DNA from: Octopus vulgaris
Taxonomy: Eukaryota
DNA length: 64,000 nt
Direction: 5' to 3'
NCBI GenBank assembly: GCA_951406725.2
Contig: OX597818.1
Span: 41,292,001-41,356,000, forward strand
Notes under the pieces: generated by a model
What the model saw: only the letters and a program-made list of their open reading frames with translations
Databases searched by the model: none
What the model was told of the DNA's origin: nothing
Program-made: the position numbers and the translations under genes
Shown here: positions 56,652-64,000 of the stretch, piece after piece
How the letters are laid out: each line of letters opens with the position of its first letter
How positions within the stretch are numbered: position 1 is the first letter of the stretch

Positions 56652-57709
56652 CTCTATCTATCTCTCTCTCTATCTATCTATCTATCTATCTCTTTTCCCC
56701 CCTCTCTCTGTCTTCCTCCGTCTCTCACTCTTCTCTCCTCTCTCTCCCTTCCTCTGCGACTGTACGTCTGTCTCTCTCTCTCAGCTTCTCTTCTTTAGTT
56801 ATATCACTTTCTCTCTTAACGCTTATTGTCCCCCTCTCTCTCTCTTTCTCCCTCACTCTATCTCTCTGTCTGTCTCTTTCTATCCATCTATCTATCTATC
56901 TCTAGGTTCTTCCCTTACCAGAGTTTTAATCCCAACATCCTTCTGTCTCACTTTTCGTCCAGCGTCTTTACACCTCCACGTTCTCTACACTCCCACCACT
57001 TCATTAGCTCTCTGTACCTCACTCTCTCCATCCCATATTTCCGATGCTCTCCCTTTCCTTCGTTCACCAGCATATTCTTTCACTTCCCTATTTCCCCACT
57101 TTTTTCTCTCTATCAATTGTTTTACCTCCCACTACAAACTCTCTCTCCCATCGACGTTATACTTCACCCTCCTTTTTTCTATACAACTCACACTCCCTCA
57201 CTCACTTACTCCTTCTCCTTCTCTCTTTCCCTCACCCTCGCTTTCTCATTCACTAACTCCGCCATTTCCCAGCTCGCCACTTTGCTACATTATCGCCAAG
57301 ATTAGCACAATCGTTTAATAAAGCCAATTTGTGCAATGGCTCCCACGGGTCCTCTCTGCGATTGTTCTCTCACAAACCACACAAACTTCCGCTGCTAGCC
57401 AGATTTCCCATTTATTCCATGACAATACAGCGCTGTCTGTTCACCATACGACACCAATCTTGCAGATTTCTTACCGCCCAACCCTTTCACGCTATATTTT
57501 AATGTAGTTTTTTACGCCAAGTGAGGTGGAAAAGATTTTGTTTGTCTTTTTTTGATTTTCTTTCTCTTCCATTTAAATGTGTCCATTATTCTTCTTTACT
57601 CGTATTTATCAATCTAGCCATCGATCTTCTCTCGTCTAGCGTTTTATATTATCAGCTCTTAAGCGTATATGTGTGTATACACGAACACAGACGCACATAC
57701 ATCCCCATG

Positions 57710-57799
<90 letters not shown>

Positions 57800-58212
57800 C
57801 GTAGGCTCGAAACATTAAAGACTTTTTCACTTCCTGAGCGTTATACTAATACATCTTTTTTTTGCCTACACCACCTGTCTTCGCCTTTTTTGTGAATTCT
57901 GCCTATATGTGTGTGTGTATGTGTGTGTGTGTGTTTGTGTGTGTCTGTGTGTGCGTGTGTATACATATATACATATACATATATGTATGTATGTGTGTGT
58001 GTGTTGCTTTCTTTAGTCATTAGAATACGGTCATGCTGGGGTACCTCCATGAAGGATTTACTCGGACAAATCAACCCAGGACTTATTTTAAAGTATGGTA
58101 TTCATTCTCGCAATTTGTTTTGCCTAACATCTAAGTTAAGGAGACGTAAGCAAGCCGACACCGGTTGTCAAGCACACGAACACACACATACATACATACA
58201 TACATACATACA

Positions 58213-58245
<33 letters not shown>

Positions 58246-58268
58246 GCGAAGGACTTCTTTCAGTTTCT

Positions 58269-58498
58269 TGTTTCTTTATTGCCCACAAGGGGCTAAACAC
58301 AGAGGGAACAAACAAGGACAGACAAACGGATGAAGTCGATTATATCGACCCTAGCGCGTAACTGGTACTTATTTAATCGACCCCGAAAGGATGAAAGGCA
58401 AAGTCGACCTCGGCGGAATTTGAACTCAGAACGTAACGGCAGACGAAATACCGCTAAGTATTTCGCCCGGCGTGCTAACGTTTCTGCCACCACACCGC
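58269..58498 (-). mobile_element. SINE family A (tail type 1) nested in an old family-C SINE
   Basis: 15-bp TSD cttctttcagtttct at 58254-58268 and 58499-58513; host SINE spans ~58005-58640. Confidence 0.88.
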
Positions 58499-58904
58499 CT
58501 TCTTTCAGTTTCTGCCGACAAATTCATTCACAAGGCTTTGGTCGGCCCGTGGCTATTGTAGAAGACATTTGCCCAAGGTGTCATGCAGAGGAACAAAATA
58601 GAGTCATATGGTTGCGTTGCGAATTTCTTTACAACACAGTTACGACTATATCTATGCCAATGCATGCTGATTGCATATTCATTTGTATATAGTATTACAT
58701 AATATTATATATTTATTATATTATATTTCCTATTATATTTATGTTTTATATAGTATAATATAATATAATAAATTATATATATAAAATAAGCTTTGAACGG
58801 CGAGCTAATAGAAACGTTAGTACGTCGGACAAAAAGGCCAAGCAGCTGTTCTTTATGAGTTCAAATACTCCAGCGTGACACAGTGTGACCCTTTGAAACA
58901 CAGG

Positions 58905-59105
58905 TACAGCAGGAACAGGAAGAAAGAGTGAGAGAAAGTTGTGGTGAAAGAGTACAGCAGAGTTCGCCACCACCCCTTGCCGGAGCCTCGTGGAGCTTTA
59001 GGTGTTTTCGCTCAATAAACACTCACAACGCTCGGTCTGGGCATCGAAACCGCGATCCTACGACCGCGAGTCCGCTGATCTAACCACTGGGTCATTCCGC
59101 CTCCA
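58905..59105 (-). mobile_element. SINE family D, 3' part missing
   Basis: Matches 7890-8082. Confidence 0.82.
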
Positions 59106-59129
59106 CACTTAGGCAAATAAACTACATAG

Positions 59130-59305
59130 ACGCAGGAGTGGTTGTATGGTAAGTAGCTTGCTTACAAACTACATGGTTCCTGGTTCATTCCCACTGCATG
59201 GCACCTTGGGCAAGTGTCTTCTACCATAGCCTCGGTCCGACCAAAGCCTCGTGAGTGGAGTTGGTAAACAGAAACTGAAAGAAGCTTGTCGTATATGTGT
59301 GTGTG

Positions 59306-59401
<96 letters not shown>

Positions 59402-59620
59402 TTTGTGTGTCTGTGTTTGTCCCCCCAACATCGTTTGACAACGGATGCTGGTGTGTTTACGTCCCCGTAACTTAGCGGTTCGGCAAAAAGGAACCGATAG
59501 AATAAGTACTAGGCTTCCAAAGAATAAGTCCTGGGGTCGATTTGCTCGACTAAAGCCGGTGCTCCAGCATGGCCGCAGTCAAATGACTGAAACAACTAAA
59601 AGAGAGTAAAGAAAGTAAAA
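59130..59620 (+). mobile_element. SINE family C, full length
   Basis: Homologous to the other family-C copies; internal (GT)n. Confidence 0.87.
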
Positions 59621-59937
59621 GAGAGAGAGAGGGGTAGTACATAAAGACTAAAACACGCATACTCATGAACACTCGCACGCACATTCACTTATTTATACAA
59701 CACAAGCATGCAAACACACACATGCAAACATGTAGGTATACATGTTTATACAGAAAAATACACAACGCTCAGACATACCTGCAACGAGTTCCGTAAACAA
59801 AACATTTAACTCTATGACGTTTGTTTGCAAGCTTACGTAACAGTATAAACCTTGAATGTCATTGCTTTTTATTAACTCTCATTCACTCTCAAAAGTCTCC
59901 CAGTTCCCCCTTCTCTCTTTCTCTCTCATACATACAC

Positions 59938-60026
<89 letters not shown>

Positions 60027-60114
60027 ACGCTTCTCTCAGCCTACCTCCCCATCTCACTCTTTCTCTCTTCCCTTCATTCTTGACCTCCACTTTATCCCAT
60101 TCTGCCGCAGATAG

Positions 60115-60203
<89 letters not shown>

Positions 60204-60204
<1 letters not shown>

Positions 60205-60290
60205 CTTTCTTTATTGACCACACAGGGTTGAACACAGAGGGGGCAAATACAAATGTAGAGCTTTTCTTTTCGAAAGATGGAAAAGAAAAA
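60204..60290 (-). mobile_element. 5'-truncated ~90-bp copy of the Tx1-like LINE 3' end, inside a GATA microsatellite
   Basis: tttctttattgaccacacagggttgaacacagagggggcaaatacaaatgtagagcttttctttt aligns with 62206-62270; (GATA)n on both sides. Confidence 0.8.
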
Positions 60291-60320
60291 TAGATAGAGA
60301 GATAGACAGATAGATAAACG

Positions 60321-60405
<85 letters not shown>

Positions 60406-60913
60406 GAGTGGAAATATATATGATTATATATATATATTGAGAGAGAGACAGAGATGTGAGAGAGGGGAGAGATAGATGGGAAAGAAAGAGAGTGAAGGTT
60501 ACACACATTCACAAGAGTGTGTGTGTGCGCGTGTGAATGCGTACATGCATGTTTGTTCGCGATTGTATGCTTCTGCATACATAACCATTTAAGGTATTTT
60601 TTCTCTTACGTCACAAGCAAACAAAAATTGTTTTGGAAATGATTATCATAAATTCGGCCTATCTAATTACATGTTGTCAAGGCTAAGACGTTTTCCACGT
60701 AGCTTATATTCCATTTACTCTCGCGATATTTTCTTACATAATATTTTTTTATTTTCCTTTCCTTGTGGTTATATCTAAAGCTATTTTTTGTAAATTTTGT
60801 TAGTTATATTTAACAATCGGGTTTATAAAACTTTCATAGCTCCATAGCTTTATTTTTCGTTATCTTTTTGATTATAATAAAACCTGTCACATCTCCGATA
60901 AACCAAAGATATA

Positions 60914-61479
60914 TTGGGTTGTCCGGAAACTTCGTGCCGATTTATAGCAGCTTACCTTTCGACTTATTTTAGAACATGGTTGAGTCTATAAAATAGGATT
61001 TGACTACACCTCCATTTAGAGCACAGTTTAAGCTATCTTTTCGTGGAAGAAGGTTTATGTTCCCATAACCTGTGTTAATTCTGTAACCCTTTAAAATGGA
61101 AGATAAGAAAGTTCATTTTCCGCACTTGATGCTTTGGGAACCAGACAAAAATTGCTACAGCTCGACTGAGATGTGTTACTCCACCCTCCATATTCACCAG
61201 ATATTGCTCCTTCGGGTTTCCACTTATTCAGGTCTCTGCAGAATAGTCTTAATGGTAAAAATTCCAATTCCTTGGATGACGTAAAAAGATACCTTGATGA
61301 ATTCTTTGCCATGAAACCACCTCAATTCTGAGAAGAGGGTATTTTTAAGTTAAAGGAAAGATGGAGACACATTGTGCAACAAAATGGTTCATATTTGGTT
61401 GATTAAAAATGTAATGGCAAGTATTTATTTGGCTTTTTCTTTCCTTTAAAAATCGGCACGAACTTTCCGGACAACCCAA
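60914..61479 (+). mobile_element. Internally deleted mariner transposon
   Basis: ~29-bp TIRs ttgggttgtccggaaa(c/g)ttcgtgccgattt with TA on both sides. N-terminal remnant MEDKKVHF.HLML is fused to C-terminal HPPYSPDIAPSGFHLFRSLQN...RWRHIVQQNGSY (YSPDLAPxD motif). Confidence 0.92.
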
Positions 61480-62116
61480 TATTATATGCTTCTACTGGTC
61501 TCAGTGATTGTACAATGACCGAGCATGTGTGTATGTATATGCAAGAGGTGTATATGCACACATCTATAGAGAAATGTACATGAACTTCACTATATTTCCT
61601 TCTCTCTCTCTCTCTCTTTCTCAGCCCCTTTCTCTCCTTCTCTCTCTCTCCTTCTCTCTCTCTCCTTCTCTCTCTCCCCTTCTCTCTCCCTCTTTCTTTC
61701 CCTTCTTTTCTCTTACTCTCTCAGAAGACGTGTGTGTATCTGTGAATGATTGTGTGCATATGTGTGTGTGTAGGTGAGCCAAGTATCTGTGTTACATTGT
61801 CGAAATAGGGAAAAAATGGCACACGTCTGATGGAAGAAATCGAGACGTTATGTCACTCATAACCGATCGACGTAATTGTTGACAACACGTGACAATGTCT
61901 TTGACACGCCCACCGCACTCACAATCTGCACACACACTCAATCAAACACATGTCACTCTATTCCATTGCATCTATCATTAATCTCTCTCTCTCTCTCTTC
62001 TTGTATGTGTGTGAGTGTACATACATGTCATATATATATATATATATATGCAATATATGAATATGTCTGTATGTGTGCGTGATTGTGCGTGTGTATGTGC
62101 GTAAACACATACACAC

Positions 62117-62202
<86 letters not shown>

Positions 62203-62203
<1 letters not shown>

Positions 62204-64000
62204 TGTTTCTTTATTAGCCACACAGGGCTGCACACAGATAGAACAAATTACAAGGTAGAGCTTTTCTTTTGAAGGTTTAAAAAAAAAAAAAAAAAAAAAA
62301 AAAGGAAGGGGGAGTTTCGATCAAAAGGGATCGTAAAAGGAGAGAAAGAGGACAAAAAAAGGGGGGTTAAAAAAAAGGGGAGAGGAAAAAAAAAAAATTG
62401 ATCAATAGGGATCGTTATCACAGAAATGTCAATATGAAGTGTAAAGGGGAGGACAGGTGAGGTTTACCCGTGGAAAGAAAAGCCTACGGAAAAGACCACG
62501 GTAACCTCGGTCAATGAAGTCACATTTTATATTTCTTTTTTTTTTTTTTTTTTTTTTTGCAAATAAGCAACTCTCTGTTTTCGATTTCTGGGTTCATAGG
62601 ACTATGCTCAAGGTGGCTTCGTCATTCATACGTGCCATTCTTGCTACATTCACCCATCTTTTTTTAAAACATTCGCTAGACAAAACTTGCCTCTCTACTC
62701 TCACTTTCCTTTTCAAGTGGTACTTGAAGAAGTTGATGAGAGATTGACCAGAGAGGAAAGTGTTTGTCTCCAATCCTTTCAGACGCGTCCACCAGATACA
62801 TTCCTTCGCCATAGCCACAAGGATGATGAAAATAGCTCTTCCTTCCCGTTTGAAGGAAGGAGGCGTGACAATATTGACGATAGACTCAGCTGATAAACCG
62901 ACTCGTCCCACACGTGACAGCAGTTGTTCGACATAAGCCCACAGGTCGGAAATTGTTGGGCACTGAACGAGTGCGTGCAGAACGGTTTCGTCGCTCTGAC
63001 CGCATCTCGGGCAGGTCGGCCCCGTGTTTCTCGAGCCGTGTCTGTAGAGCTTATCCCGAACGGGTAGCGCTTCTCGGTAGCACTGCCAGGCCAGGGATCT
63101 CTGGAAGTTGTCCATGGGCCCTGGCCCGAAGGTCGTCCTGAACAGGCGGGTCAGGTACTCCTCGTCGACGTCCAGGTTCGCCCCGAGCTCGTCGTCGTAC
63201 CTCCCCTCCACTAAACCCCTATAGAATGCTTTGGTTGTGTTGAAGTCACTTAAAGTCGACCCAGGACGGCAGAGTTGCTTGAGAGCAACGCGACACTCGC
63301 GGTGCCATTCGCCCTTCCTCGGCCTCTTTTTGATCCACGACTGCAGTTCGGTCATGGAGACGAGCTGCGGGAAAGCGTGCCTCACAAACGGCGACCACAC
63401 CTGTTCACCGTCGTCTACATAGAGCCAGAGATGCCGCAGTCTCAGCGCGTGTCTGCGCATCATCAACCACGGCATGCCCAGCCCTCCTTTTAACGGGTGT
63501 TGACAGCAAATGGATCGCCTGACCATCGGGACGCATCCTTTCCACAAGAAGCGAAAGAGGATGCGTTGTAGTTTGGTGATGGTAGGGTCGGGACAAGGTA
63601 CGACGGTCAGGCGGTAGTAGATGACGGACGCGATGTACGTGTTCGCCACCTCCGCTCGACCTTTTAGGGACAGTTTCCTCTCGGCCCATTGCCGGGCGAG
63701 AGTGACCACCCTACTCGTTATCTCGTTCCAGTTCTTCTCCACTTGGAGGTCCGGACCAAACCAGACCCCGAGCAACTCAACCGGGCCGTCGGTCCAGCGT
63801 CCCACGACGGAGGCGCTGGTGGACGGCATGGGCTTGCTTCTCCAGGTGCCTAGTCGCAAGCCCACTGACTTTTCCCGGTTGATTTTCGCTCCTGTCACCG
63901 CTTCGTAGTTTTTCAGTGTCTCGCCGACCAGCTCGATGTGCTCGTGGCTAGACACTATGACGGTGACGTCGTCCGCGTATGCAGACACGCTCGTCCCGTA
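62203..64000 (-). mobile_element. Tx1/L1-clade non-LTR retrotransposon, 3' portion with ~390-nt 3' UTR ending AATAAAGAAACA then (TATC)n
   Basis: ORF2 as above; 3' UTR 62203-62593 with homopolymer runs and a stem-loop near 62457-62508; abuts the GATA tract at 62117-62202. Confidence 0.88.
62594..64000 (-). CDS. ORF2 C-terminal part (RT YADD onward, thumb, CCHC zf-RVT) of a Tx1/L1-clade LINE; 5' part lies beyond the window
   Basis: Open frame from the window edge: YGTSVSAYADDV...GAKINREKS...LSLKGRA...GGLG...CPRCGQSDETVLHALVQC...stop at 62594. GC-rich relative to flanks; no stops or frameshifts. Confidence 0.93.
   Translation of the reverse strand, partial: YGTSVSAYADDVTVIVSSHEHIELVGETLKNYEAVTGAKINREKSVGLRLGTWRSKPMPSTSASVVGRWTDGPVELLGVWFGPDLQVEKNWNEITSRVVTLARQWAERKLSLKGRAEVANTYIASVIYYRLTVVPCPDPTITKLQRILFRFLWKGCVPMVRRSICCQHPLKGGLGMPWLMMRRHALRLRHLWLYVDDGEQVWSPFVRHAFPQLVSMTELQSWIKKRPRKGEWHRECRVALKQLCRPGSTLSDFNTTKAFYRGLVEGRYDDELGANLDVDEEYLTRLFRTTFGPGPMDNFQRSLAWQCYREALPVRDKLYRHGSRNTGPTCPRCGQSDETVLHALVQCPTISDLWAYVEQLLSRVGRVGLSAESIVNIVTPPSFKREGRAIFIILVAMAKECIWWTRLKGLETNTFLSGQSLINFFKYHLKRKVRVERQVLSSECFKKRWVNVARMARMNDEATLSIVL

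Overview
AT-rich, microsatellite-saturated animal genomic DNA. The repeat content (several tRNA-derived SINE families amid dense AT/GATA/ATAC/AAT microsatellites) is what I associate with octopus genomes; this is an inference, not a database match. I can support one host coding exon: a 119-nt exon at 26252-26370 (+) encoding a choline acetyltransferase (ChAT)-like segment, so most of the window is probably two very large ChAT introns. The rest is mobile DNA: four tRNA-headed SINE families, the uninterrupted 3' part of a Tx1/L1-clade LINE ORF2 ending in (TATC)n, CR1-like and Penelope-like (PLE) remnants, a deleted mariner, two GGATC-ended MITEs with 8-bp TSDs, two Helitron-like elements and a 190-bp LTR-element relic. 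The most interesting signal is a set of about 10 minimal type-I hammerhead ribozyme motifs from several unrelated short repeat families. Several sit in foldback (inverted-arm) elements, and one has an apparently intact compensatory G3-C8 core. Almost all ORFs in the supplied track are microsatellite artefacts. All alignments were done by eye, so boundaries without a stated TSD are approximate.
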